Part shown: piece by piece, positions 1 through 11,899 of the stretch | Layout: each line of letters starts with the position of its first letter | Position numbering within the stretch: the first letter of the stretch is position 1 | Origin: the human T2T-CHM13v2.0 reference genome, Homo sapiens | Assembly (NCBI GenBank): GCA_009914755.4 | Contig: CP086569.2 | Coordinates: 21,536,001 to 21,600,000 of the forward strand | DNA: 64,000 nt | Direction of reading: 5' to 3' | The notes under the pieces: model-generated | Seen by the model: the letters and a program-made list of their open reading frames with translations, nothing else | What the model was told of the DNA's origin: nothing | Database searches by the model: none | Position numbers and translations under genes: made by a program

Positions 1-2620
1 CAATGAGCCCATGAATTAGCTGAGGAACAATTCAAACCAGTCATACAGAACCATAAAACAGCCCTTGGAATTTGCCTGTTTTTGTCATTCCCAAAAATTC
101 TGGTAGATGAAGAGTTTTGCATGACTTACATGCTATCAATGCTAATTTGCCCTGATGGGGCCCGTTCAACAGGGTCTCCCTTTTCAGGTGGTGATTCCTC
201 GAGACTGGCCCATAGTCATTATTGACTTAAAAGACTGCTTTTTATACTAGTCCCCTTGCAGAACATGACATATAATAATTTGTGTTTGCAATACTAGCTA
301 TCAATAATGAAAGTACAGCTCACCAATTTTGCTGGAAAGTATTTCCTCAAAGAATGCTAAACAGTCCTACCATGTGTCAGTATCATGTAAATCAGGCTTT
401 GCTCCCCAGTAGAAAATAATTTCCTAATTGTGAGGTCATCCATACCAGCAGCCCCAAAGGAGCCAATACTTTTGAGTTTATATGCCTGTCAAAAGGACAC
501 AGTTATGAGGTTTAATCATAGCACCTGAAAATGTACAGATGTCCTCCCCTTGGAAATATCTTGGATACATACTAACTTCCTGGTCCGTAAGACCTCAAAA
601 GTTTAAATTGAATACTAACACCTTACACAGCTTAAATGATTGTCAAAAATTACTGGGCCCTATTAACTAGCCCTGCCCCACCTTGGGCATAAGTACTGAC
701 AAATTACAGAACTTGTTTTCATCCTAAAGGGCAATGCAGCCCTGGACTCACCCAGTACTTAACCCCCACTGCAAAAAGAGAAATTGAGGAAATAGAACAA
801 GCTATTTTTCAGGGGCAACTATATTGAATAGACCCACAATATTCAGTCCAATTGCTTGTTTTTCCTACTAAGCATTCTCCAACAAGATTAAAAGGACCAA
901 TGGTCCCAGGGCTATGCTTCCTAGAATGGGGTTTTTGGTCACATACTGGGACTAGAACACTATCTCTCCATGTCCAGCTATTTAGTAAGTCATCTATACA
1001 GGTAGAAAACGATGCAATCAATTGCAAGTTTATGACCCTGATGTCATAAGAATACCCTTAAGTAAAAAACAATTTGAAGCACTCCTGCCCCTATTTCTAT
1101 ACTTTGAGATAGCACTCTCTGATTATGAGAGCCATGTAGAACATGCTCTTCCCATTGACAAACTACTTCAGTTCTTATCTCATGTTCCCGTAGTTATGCC
1201 TATGTAGGTAGTTCACTCCCCCATACCTAACACATTTATGCTTTTCACTGATGGCTCTGGTAAATATGGAAAAGCAGCTACCTGGTAGGAACCACAAAAC
1301 TCCCTCACTCGATCTGAATTTACTAGTACTCAGAGAGCTGAGGTTACAGCCCTAATATTGACCCTGGAAATCTTTTCCACTCAGCCCATCAATATTGTTA
1401 GTGACTCTGCTTACTCCGTTTATTTATTGCAAAACCTCAAAACAGCCCTCATGTCCACTACTGAGCCCACCCTGTGTGCCCTTTTTCTTCAACTTCAGCA
1501 ATGGCTGGATCAATGAAGACATTATATTTTAATTACACACATTCAGGCCCACATCTTGCTGCCCAGTCCACTAGTTCATGGCAATGATTAAGCAGACCTG
1601 AAAGTTATGACGTCAGTGCTTGACCAAGCCACCCAATCACATCACTTTTTCCACCAAAATTGGAGAAAATTAATTAAACAATTTCAACTAACCCAAAGAC
1701 TACCTAAACAAATTATTTTACAATGCACAGATTGCCAGCACACAGGCACATCCCATCCTTCAACAGGGGTTAACCCTGGAGGACTAGAACCTAATCAGTT
1801 ATGGCAAAAAGATGTTACACATGTCCCTGAATGTGGAAAACTAAGATACGTACATGTATCTGTTGATAACAATTCCCATCTAATTAGTGCTCATGCTCTT
1901 TCTGGAGAGTCCACATGATATGTCATTAAACATCTTTTCTTAACTTTTGCATTTATGGGGCAGGCCACCAAAATTAAAACTGGTAATGGCCTGGCTTTTA
2001 CACCTGCTCAGTTTCAAAAATTTTGTCACACATGGAACATCCAACATTCCATGGGTATCCCATATAACCCCCAAGGACAGGTCATAATAGAATGTGCCCA
2101 CTCCACCCTTAAAAATATGCTGAGAAAACAGAAAAGTGGGAATATGAGTAAGGACCCTGCAACACTATTGGCACAAGACTTATTTACCCTTAATTTCTTA
2201 AATTTAGGTGATAAATTTCCATCAGCTATAGAAAAGCACTTTGCAAAAGCCCCTCAAGACATAAAATCTGTGGTGTTATGGAAAGATGTAAATAGTAATA
2301 TATGGTGTGGTCCACATGACTTAATGTGGGGAAGAGGATATGCTTGTGTTCACACCCCCTCAGGTCTTCTTTGGATTCCAGTGTGAAGCATCAAACCATA
2401 CCATGGCATGGCTGGGACCCCATCCGGTAGCAGAAATGAAGGAAATGACCCTGCAGGACCCGCAGCCCCAGATGATGCAGCTTCCTCAGGTGACACAGGC
2501 CCCAGACATTACCTGGGGGTTGCTGAAGAAGACAACTCAGGCTGAGCGAATCTTGCTTCAGACAAAGACACCATTTACTCCAGATAATTTGTTCCTCACT
2601 ATGCTTTCTGTTACGTAATG
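1..2620 (+). mobile_element. HERV-K (HML-group, betaretrovirus-like) pol remnant running RT, RNase H, integrase; 5'-truncated by the window edge. Frameshifts and stops make it non-coding.
   Basis: Translation from nt ~100 gives RT motifs [29 protein letters not shown] (compare [36 protein letters not shown]). The RNase H motif LFTDGSGKYGKAATW sits near 1240-1290. Integrase follows: the HHCC finger HFFHQ..CTDCQ and the core LWQKDVTHV...KIKTGNGLAFT...IPYNPQGQVIIECAHSTLK...WKDVNSNIWCGPHDLMWGRGYACV match HERV-K (HML-2) integrase at about 60% by eye. Confidence 0.75.
1607..2386 (+). pseudogene. Retroviral integrase relic: zinc-finger ORF 1607-1918 and catalytic core ORF 1955-2386, same frame, separated by an in-frame stop.
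   Basis: The two provided ORFs are co-linear in frame 2, with TGA at 1919-1921. The content is the HHCC and DD35E-type integrase core described above. Confidence 0.75.
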
Positions 2621-3075
2621 CAACTGTCATAGGGTATTAACATTTCTTATTCTCTCACTTTGCCTGCAATCTGCACCTACTACTCTCTATTGGGCCCATC
2701 TTCTGGATTCACCTTTCTTCTGCCCTGTTACTTGGGTGGACACCCCCTTCCCAGCCTCTAACAACATGACTACTTGGCTGGGAGGGATTGACATACCCCG
2801 TTAGGGTCCCTTCTTAATGACACATGTTGGGCTGAGATGTCAGGTAACACTACATATCACTCCACAATCCTCCCACTGAATGTAAGTTATAACAGTGCTA
2901 AACCTTACTGTGTGCCTGCCCAAAAACAATTATGGCTACATTGTGGCAAAGGAAATGCCTTAACATTCTTGGTTGCAGGTAGCCTCAAATCAGGCAGTGC
3001 AAACAATGGCACATTCCCTGATATTCCTCTCTGTGCTAAAGAACAAAGCCAGGAAAGTAATGGATTCCACTTTGG
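2340..3075 (+). mobile_element. HML-type env N-terminal fragment overlapping the pol 3' end in a different frame, truncated at an Alu insertion.
   Basis: ORF 2340-2618 (…VTQAPDITWGLLKKTTQAERILLQTKTPFTPDNLFLTMLSV) resembles the signal-peptide region of HERV-K env by eye, in the pol -1 overlap arrangement typical of betaretroviruses. Downstream frames are broken. Confidence 0.4.
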
Positions 3076-3300
3076 CTATAGTGCAGTGGTGCAATCATAG
3101 TGCACTGCAGCCTCCAACTCCTGCTCGAGCAGTACTCCTGCCTCAGCCCCCACAGTAGCCAGGATTACACACATGTACTACCATGCCAGACTAATTTTTT
3201 TTCTTTAATTTTGTAGATATGAGGTCTCACTTTGTTCCTCAGTCTGGTCATGATCTCCTGGGTTCAAGCAGTCCTCCTGCCTCAGCCTACCAACATGGCA
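3075..3300 (-). mobile_element. Alu fragment, minus orientation, truncated.
   Basis: gtgcagtggtgcaatcatagtgcactgcagcctcc … cctgcctcagcc … ctaatttttt is the reverse complement of the Alu right-arm consensus. Confidence 0.65.
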
Positions 3301-3437
3301 AAACCACCTGTCTACAAATAATACAAAAATTAGCCAGGTATAGCGTTATATGCCTGTAGTCCCAGCGGCTCAGCAAGCTGAGATTGGTGGATCACTTGAG
3401 CTCAAGGCATGAAGACCACATGCCTGTAGTCCCAGCT
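3295..3437 (+). mobile_element. Left portion of a + strand Alu that was split by the ERV insertion at 3438. Its right portion resumes at 9212.
   Basis: …aaaaattagccaggtatagcg…gcctgtagtcccagc…gagattggtggatcacttgagctcaagg…gcctgtagtcccagctgt ends abruptly at the LTR. At 9212 the sequence resumes ctgctactcagaaggctgaggtgggatgg…gcagtggttcatgatgaca…gcctgggtaaaataacaagactctatctcaag, which is the Alu continuation after the cccagctactc position. Confidence 0.55.
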
Positions 3438-3897
3438 GTTAGTCCAGACTACATCACTATGTAAGCTCCCTGCTATTGTGCAGAGCTTGGTCAAAGTGTA
3501 ATATTTCATAGGGGGTTGGACCATGTGAAACATCCTGCCTGATATTTCACATCATCATAAGGCAGATAAAGGCCCAACTAAATAAACATCCCTATCATAT
3601 TTTACTGGGCAAAGGTCCAAAGAACACCATGATGACATCCTGCTGGAAGACCAGAACTGCATCATCATGAGAACATCTTATCAATATCCTGCCAATAGCA
3701 AGCCATGCTGCCCAGACTCCTCCCACTCATACCTATAAGTAACCCCACTCTGTAAGCACTTGTGGGCTCTTGCATTAGGCTGGTCTCCCACTTCTGCAGG
3801 CTTTATGCTATCCATAAAGCCTGTATTTGCTGTTGAGTTGCCCTCTTTCTACATGTATGTCTTTCTTTAACCCTTGCCTTCCTTCCAAAACCTAACA
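3438..3897 (+). mobile_element. 5' LTR of the HERV-H/F-like provirus.
   Basis: Alignable by eye with 8688-9211 along its whole length at roughly 80-85% identity (for example ggcagataaaggcccaactaaataaacatccctatcatat against ggcagacaaaggtccaactaaagaaccatccctgtcatat). Contains aataaa-like and tataa-like motifs. Confidence 0.6.
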
Positions 3898-3900
3898 TTT

Positions 3901-3918
3901 TGGTGCCAAAACTCAGGA
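3901..3918 (+). promoter_or_regulatory. Primer binding site, tRNA-Phe/His type (tggtgccaaaactcagga).
   Basis: Starts three nucleotides after the LTR end with TGG. It matches the HERV-F PBS TGGTGCCGAAACCCGGGA at 15/18 and the HERV-H tRNA-His PBS TGGTGCCGTGACTCGGAT at 12/18. One of the three differences from the Phe PBS is a CpG-to-CpA transition. Confidence 0.55.
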
Positions 3919-4490
3919 TGGGGATTGGGTTCTAATGGGTAACTCTCCTCTTGCAACCTGGAAAGCAGCAATCAACAAAAACTAGACCTGGACTTGCTTC
4001 CATGTCCTGAGAGGACTCCCTGTTCCCAGCTCCATTCCCTTATTCTCTTTACTTCTCCAGCCCTAGGTTAACCTCCAGATGCTAATCAAACTCCTCTTTT
4101 TCCTTCCTTCCCTTTTTCAGGCTGCTTCAGGAAGGATTAATCCTATTGCTGGACATCACATCCAACACAAGTCTCCAATTAGTGAGTGAGTCTCCCTTCC
4201 TCCTTTCCAGATTTCTCTGTATTTTTGGTTTCAGAAAATCTTAGCACTAGGTGAGAGGTCTCCCCAGTCACCAGGTTACTGTGGCCTGCCTTCTCAGGGG
4301 ACATCTTCAGAACACACACCACTCTGGCTGCTCCAGTCACTGGGGGAGAGCAAAGAGCTGCAGGGATGCCCCAGATCTTGAATGGGGTACTCACTCCCAT
4401 CCTCTAAAATTTCTTACCCTTCCAGCCACAAATACAGGGCAAGGCTCCTTAAAAACTCCACAAGACACTACACTCAGATGTCTCATCTGG

Positions 4491-4865
<375 letters not shown>

Positions 4866-6704
4866 CTAAACACTTTATTCACTCCTGTCACATGTCTCAT
4901 CTGGATCCTCCAACCCTGTGGCTTGGCGGAGTCCATTAAAACTGAATGCCTTGCTTTGCCTTGCTTTCTTTTGTACTTTCCTCTGTAATATTGGCTAGCC
5001 CAATGTAAACTGGACATAATAGTCAATGACCAAAAAGCAAAACTTTCAACTTCCAAATTCAACATAATCTACAAAACTTCCTTCAATGCAATGGGAAATG
5101 ATCCAAAGTGCTTTGCTTATGTCCACTCATGGCTCTCTTTCTCTCTTTGCCAATCCTGTTCACTTTCTGAAATCCTCATCTTCAATTAAAAAAAAAAAAC
5201 CCAACCCACAAAAATGTCTCATCCTCTGGACAAGCTTCCCCCTCTAAATTCAAACCAGCCAGCAAACAATGTCTCATGTCCAACCCGCTTCTGCCAAAAA
5301 CCAGGCACATGCCCAGAGGCCCTCCAAAGTCCTCCCATTATGGGAGGTGGCAGGGCTGAAGGCATAATCTGAATTCGTATTCCCTTCTCCCTAGCCAGCC
5401 TCTTCCAGCTAAAAAGAGACTTGGCTCATTTTCCATGGATCCTACATCCTTCATCAAGGGATTTTTGTATGCCACTCAATCTTATAAACTTATTTGGCAC
5501 GCCATATGTCATCCTCCCTTCCACCCTCACCTGCAGGATAGGGAACACATCTGGACAGCCACCCAGGCCTATGCAACTACCCTCCACCAAAAAGATGTTG
5601 CCCATAACCCAACAGTTCTGGGATCCTAACTGTCCCCAGAACTAATCCCAATTGGGGTTATCAGGCATCTTCCACAGACAGACAGAAACAAGACCATATA
5701 ATATCATGCCTCCTACCTGGCATGGATAAAGCTGCCTCTGCTGTTTTTGTCTCCTGCCATTCAAAGGCAATGAATAAATATACCACCTTAAACCCTAATA
5801 CAAGTAAAAGCAGAATCAACCTCCATTTACACTTTATTTTCCAGGCAGCCCCTGATGTCTAAAAGAAACTTTAAAAACTGGAGTATGGCCCTCAAACTTC
5901 CTAAAGAGATTTACCCCAAGTGGCCTGTAAGGCTTTTAACAATAGAGAGGAAAATCTGAAAACCCAGATGCTTAAAGAACCCAAGCTAAATACAAAATGC
6001 TGGCAGCTGTGATACAACAGGGTTCCCAACACATACAGAAATCCTCAACCTTGGAACAAACTTTGTCAAGAAGCCTGTCTGAAGTATGTTTAACAGGGTC
6101 ACTGGTCAAAAGCCTGCCCTAATCCCAGGTGACCCTCAAAACCTTACCCTATCTGTGATATAAAGGAACTCTGAAAGCCATCCTGTGCTCAGCAAAACTC
6201 TATCTTGCTTCACCACCATTAACTGAAGACTGATGAGGCCTGGAGTCCACCCCCACCACCATCACCACCTCAGAACTCAGGGTAACACTTTCAGTCACTG
6301 GTAAGCCTCTGTCTTTTCTCTTTCACATGGGAATGCAGTTTCACCAGAATATTGTGGACCTCTCCTCAGTTCTATCTCTATTGTGGGCATCAATGGAATC
6401 CCCTCTAGGCACAAAGAGACTGGTCCTCTATTATGAAACCTATTCAACACCCTCTTCTTGGTTATCTCTCAATGCCCTACCCCTACCTTGGGGTGGGACA
6501 TACTAAGTAAATTCTGGACCTCAACACAATTTGCTTCCTGCAGTTCTAACCCTTTTGTTTTCCTCTGCCAACTGAATGCTTCCCTCTCCTTTCCCTCATC
6601 ATCATTTATCCACCCTTTTACCTTCTGTTAATCATAAAGTTGGAACATTTCTAAACTCACAGTAGACGCACATCACATGTCAGTTAATAGAACCCTCCAA
6701 AGAC

Positions 6705-6998
6705 CAGGGGCAGTGGCTCATGCCTGTAATCCCAGCACTTTGGGAGCTGAGGGGCTCAGATCACGAGGTCAGGAGTTTGAGACCAGTGTAGCCAATATGG
6801 TGAAACCCTGTCTTTACTAAAAAAATACAAAACCTAACCAGGCATGGTAGCATGTGCCTCCAGTCCCAGCTAGTCAGGAGGCTGGGGCATGAGAATCACT
6901 GAAACCAGGAGGCAGAGGTTGCTGTGAGCTAAGATCATGCCACTGCACTCCAGCCTGTGTGACAGAGCGAGAGTCTGTCTCAAAAAAAAAAAAAAAAA
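6705..6998 (+). mobile_element. Full-length Alu, + strand, inside the provirus.
   Basis: ggggcagtggctcatgcctgtaatcccagcactttgggag…gagaccagtgtagccaatatggtgaaaccctgtc…gcactccagcctgtgtgacagagcgagagtctgtctc(a)19. A partial direct repeat atagaac(c/a)ctc flanks it. Confidence 0.85.
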
Positions 6999-7058
6999 AT
7001 AGAACACTCTAAAACCCCTCAATATTCCCTTGTCAGTCTCAATATCTCCTTAACACAA

Positions 7059-8518
7059 TTGGCCTTCGGGGCCTTAAACTTATTATCTGTAAACTTTTAC
7101 AAGCTCAAATTCTCAAGCCTGTCAACTCTTCCAACAACAACCACATCCTGGCTGTCAAAAAACAGATGGGTCTTACTGCTTGGTCCATCATCTCCCAAGT
7201 TGTTAACCAGGCAGCGGTGCCAATCCACATGGTCCCGAACCCATATACTTTACTCTCCCAAATGCCCCCAGAACTACATGCTTCTCAGTGTTGGATCTAA
7301 AGGATGCCTTTTTCACTATTCTGTTAAATCAAGCTTCCCAAAATCTTTTTCCCTTCAACTGGTCAGATCTCTATACTCATATTTCTACCCAATGAACATG
7401 GACCATAATACTCCTGCAGGGACTCTGGGATACCCTCCACTTATTCGGACAAGTCTTCACCAAGGATGTAGCTGAACTTCCCCTTGCTTCTAGAACTCTG
7501 CTCCAATATATTGATGACCTCCTCCACTGTAGCCCCTCCCTTAACCTGTCCATCCACACACCACTCAACTTTTAAACTTCCTCCATAGTCAAGGATATAA
7601 TATCTCACCCACAAAGGCTCAGGTAGCCCAAATCCAGGTCTCTTACCTTGGACTTGTTCTAACCCCAAATTCTCAGGCTATCCCAGACCAATGAAAGGAC
7701 CTAATTTGGGCCATGCCCCTTTGCCACAGAAAGACCTCTTCTCCTTCTTGGGGCTTGCAGGCTACTTCTGGCTGTGGATTTCCAACATTTGCCTGCTGAC
7801 CAAGCCACTTTACACAGCTTTACATGGTCCCATTTTGGAATCCCTAAATTCAGCTTGTCCCATCAATTCCCACTTAAAAAAACTAAAAAATGTCCTTTTA
7901 ATGGCTCTGACACTGGGACTGCCAAACCCCACCAAGCCCTTTATTCTGCATGTACATTCTAACCAAGGCCTTGCTCTTGGATTACTCTGCCAAACATACA
8001 GCAACTCCCCACAAGCCATTGCATACCTCTTAAAACAGCTGGACTCTGTCATTCAAGGCTGGCCACCCTGCTTAAAAATCTTGGTTGTGGACATATTGCG
8101 GGCCTCAGAGGCTGAGAAACTCACACTCCACCAATACATTAGTATTGCATCTTCCCATAACCTACAGAATCTCATAAGCCATCAATATCTTCTATCCCTG
8201 CCACCTACCCACTTACAACAGGTCCATGCCTTATTTATAGGAAACCCTCTAATCACCTTCCAGAGATATAAAGCTTTTAACCCAGACACCCTCTTCCCTG
8301 TAGACACCTCTGACTCTAAGCTCTCTCATACCTGCCTGGAACTCTCAAATTCTTCTTCCCTCTCTTCCCACTTCCAACACATTTTGGGAGCCCCTTTACA
8401 AGGAACACCTACATGGTTCATTAACAGAAACTCTTTTCAAGAGCCATGTCCAGCTTTATCCCACTTTATCACCCAAAGACTAAACACTCTCCCAAGTAAC
8501 CAGCCAGAAACACATTGA
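7059..8518 (+). pseudogene. Gammaretrovirus-like pol relic (RT through connection domain) of the class I provirus. Includes the 275-aa ORF 7691-8518.
   Basis: nt ~7285-7370 translate as [28 protein letters not shown] (compare MLV [27 protein letters not shown]). ORF 7691-8518 contains LGLAGYFWLWISN (compare the MLV RT LG.AGYCRLWIPGFA block). Frameshifts separate the pieces and no YXDD-containing intact ORF remains. Confidence 0.65.
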
Positions 8519-8687
8519 TACCATTCTTCTCCTCTGCCAGGTCTGGTATCAGTGCCTCCAGGAAAGCAACTCTGAAGCTGAACACCCACTGCTTCAAAAC
8601 CCAACTATGAGTACATGGCCCCTATTCAGCTGTAAAAGACAGATACTCAACAATGACCCCCTTCATTCTTAAACTAAAAGGCAAGAA

Positions 8688-9211
8688 TGTTAGTCCAAAC
8701 TGCAACATTTTGTAAGCTCCCTTCCTTCTTGCAGACTTTGCAAGAATATTAGTCCCAACTGCACCATTATGTAAGTAAGCTTCCTGCTATTGTGCAGACC
8801 TTGGCCAAAATGAAACATTTCATGGGGTTTCAGGCCATGAGAAACATCCTGATTAACTACCTGACCACAAGGCAGACAAAGGTCCAACTAAAGAACCATC
8901 CCTGTCATATCTTGCTGGGCAAAGTTCCAAGGAATACCACAATGTCATCCCACTGGAACAAGGACCAGAACCACCTCACCATGGGAATATTTTATCAATA
9001 TCCTGCCAGTAGCAAGCCATGCTGCCGAGAACCCTCCCACGCATAGCTGTAAGTAACCCCCACCTGTAAGCAACAGTGAGCTCTGGCATTAGGCTTGTCC
9101 CCTATTTCTGTAGGTTTTATGCTGGACATAAATCCTGCATTTGCTGTTGAGCCATCCTCTTTCTGTGTATGTGTCTCTCTTTAACCATCACTTTCCCTTC
9201 AAAACTCAACA
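8688..9211 (+). mobile_element. 3' LTR of the HERV-H/F-like provirus. Carries a ~60-bp internal tandem duplication at its 5' end relative to the 5' LTR.
   Basis: gaatgttagtccaaactgcaacattttgtaagctccc is followed by gaatattagtcccaactgcaccattatgtaagtaagcttcc. This U3-start segment is present once in the 5' LTR (3438-3475) and twice here. Confidence 0.55.
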
Positions 9212-9335
9212 CTGCTACTCAGAAGGCTGAGGTGGGATGGTTACTTGAATTCAGGAGGCTGAGACTGCAGTGGTTCATGATGACAACATGAACTTCAGCC
9301 TGGGTAAAATAACAAGACTCTATCTCAAGTAAATA
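9212..9335 (+). mobile_element. Right portion and A-rich tail of the Alu split by the provirus (see 3295-3437).
   Basis: Described under 3295-3437. It ends in caagtaaataaaataaataaatgaaatgaaaatgaaaataaaatt. Confidence 0.5.
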
Positions 9336-10895
9336 AAATAAATAAATGAAATGAAAATGAAAATAAAATTCTGTTATTTGCAACAATAGAGATTAACCTG
9401 GACATTTCTTCAGTTAAATAAAAATTAGGCAGAGAAAGGCAATTACTTCATAATCTCACTGCTTTGTGTAATCTGAGAAAACTAAATTCATAAAACGAGA
9501 GTATAATACTGGTTACCAAGAAGGAGAAATCATGAGGAGAGATTCCTGTCAAAGATTACAACATTTTGGATGCATAGAATAAACAAACTTAAGACATCTG
9601 TTGTATAAGCATGACTGTACTTAGTAATATATTCCTGAAAATTGCTGAAAGTAGATAAATATAGGAAGCAATGCATATGACAATTAGTTCTATGTAGCCA
9701 TGTACAACGTACAGTAATTACTATCTCAAATGTATTTCCAGAATATAATTTTGTACACAATACATATATGTAATTTTTCTTAGTCAATTAAAGCCCATAA
9801 CAGTAATTTAAATTAAAAAAAAACCTCAGTGGAATGAGGTTATTTTTGCATCTAAAGCAAGAACTAAAGTTGGTGAGTTTTTCAAATGCATGTGGGACTA
9901 CTCTCTCAAAATGATCATCCTTCACCTTTCATTTGGGGTTTTCTAAGAATTCCTGATTTCTGAGGCTCCCAGAAAGTTATTTTTTTGACAGATACGTTGT
10001 AAAATTATTATTGCTCTAAGGAGATACAGGCAGGAGACCTTGTATTCTGTCATCTTGTTTATGTCACTTTTACATTCTTCTAGTTTTAAGGACAATTTTA
10101 TCAAATATGGTATTCTTGCTTAGCATTAGTATTTTCTCTTAGTGTTTTAACTATATCATCCAATACCCTTTTCAGCTGCAAAGTTTTGCTGAGACATAAA
10201 CTGGTAATGTTTTAAAAATTCATTGTATGTAAAGAGCCTCTGTTCTCTTGGTGCTTTCAACAGTTTTTGTGTGTGGTTTTTCAAAATTTAATTATAATGT
10301 GTATCAATTTGCGTCTCTGGATTTATTCTAGTAGGTGCTATTTGAGCTTCTTGAGACTTTATATCCATTTATTTTATCACATTTGGGACATTTTCAGGCA
10401 TTCTTTTTTAAAAGTTAAAGCCTTCTTCTTCAACTCAGGCTGCAGTGCATTGGCATAAATATTGGGGCTGCATCTTCAAATTCCTAGGCTCATGCAGTCC
10501 TCACACTCAGCTATTTGAGTAGCTGAGAATGTGGGCCTCTCCCTCCATATCTATTTTTATTTTTTTAAATGAGGCCCTGCTATATTGCAAATGCTGATCT
10601 CAAACTCCTAGCTTCAAGCAGCTCTCCCATTTCAGCCTTCAACTCCGTGTGTTGACAGGATTGAGTGTCTATGCTCAAGTCCTGTTTTTTCAAAAAAATC
10701 TCAGCTTTTTCTATTTTCCTTTTGGAAGTACTACAATGTATACATTGGTTCTATTTGATTATGTCTCATAAATACTTCAAGCTCTCTTTATTTGTAATTA
10801 TTTTTTTTCTCTTCTGAGTCTATATTTTAAATGGCCTGTTTCAAATTTTATTGATTGTCTGTTTGATGAAATTGGCTGTTGAACTGCCCTAGAAT

Positions 10896-11206
10896 TTATT
10901 TTTTATTAATTATTATTATTATTTTTCGAGATGGAGTCTTACTCTGTTGTTCAGGCTGGGGTTCAGTGGCACAATCTTGGCTCACTGCAACCTCCTCCTC
11001 CTGGGTTCACATGATTCTCCTTCCTCAGCCTCCCGAGTAGCTGGGACTACAGGAATGCATCAACATGCCCAGCTAGTTTTTGTATTTTTTAGTAGAGACA
11101 GGTTTCACAATATTACAGGCTAGTCTTGAACTCCTGACCTCGTGATCCACACACCTTGGGCTCCCAACATGCTGGGATCACAGGTGTGAACCACCATGCC
11201 TGGCCT
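10896..11206 (-). mobile_element. Full-length Alu, minus strand, with a poly-T/TTA-rich tail at the left and flanking direct repeat tagaa(t/a)tt.
   Basis: tttcgagatggagtcttactctgttgttcaggctggggttcagtggcacaatcttggctcactgcaacctcc…gctgggatcacaggtgtgaaccaccatgcctggcc. Confidence 0.85.
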
Positions 11207-11899
11207 CTAGAAATTTTTTTAAATTCAGTTGTTGACATCTTTATCTCATCTAATTTTTAAATAGGTTTTATTTATGTATGAATATTCTTATATTCAAATA
11301 TCTTTTTTACTTCACTTTTTTCTGTGTTTTTAAGCTTATTCCCCCTTAACTGACTTTTTTGAAGTCCTTGCCAAGTAATGTGTAGATTTTCCATTTTTAA
11401 GGTTGATTATTAAAATTTATTTTACAAATAAATTTCATGACAAAGAAGCAGTTTCTGCTTTTTTTGTATGCCTGTAATCTTTGTCAAGACTCAGGCATTA
11501 GGAAAAAAAGCCACCTCCTCTAGTCTTCACAAATTTTCCCTGTGCAGGAAAAAGCCATCATTAACCAGCCCATCTACAGATTTTGAAGATTTTTTCAAAC
11601 TTTTCAAAGGAATGCATCTTCTCTATGTTTGTGTATTTCCAGTTAAAGAGGGATGCCCAAATTTTATTCTTGGGAACCTGTAGCATTATTATTTCTCTGA
11701 ATTTTGTTCATGGTACTATAGTTTTCTCAGTATCTGCCATATCATGGGATCTATTGTTCTTGGCAGTACCCAAACTGTCTTTCAAACCTTGCCACTGTCC
11801 CATTTGCTATCTTTGGGAAACAGAGATATAAACTATTCCTTAGGAGAGTCTCAGCAAGCTAGAACACTGCAAACACATTTGATTTTTATTATTAAAAAT

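Noticed and set aside
7691-8518. 275-aa ORF, the longest clean ORF outside L1. It could be mistaken for a host gene.
   Set aside because: It contains the gammaretroviral RT connection-domain signature LGLAGYFWLWI. It also sits in frame-shifted continuity with an upstream [8 protein letters not shown] RT motif inside a provirus bounded by LTRs. It is a pol relic lacking the catalytic YXDD and a start context.
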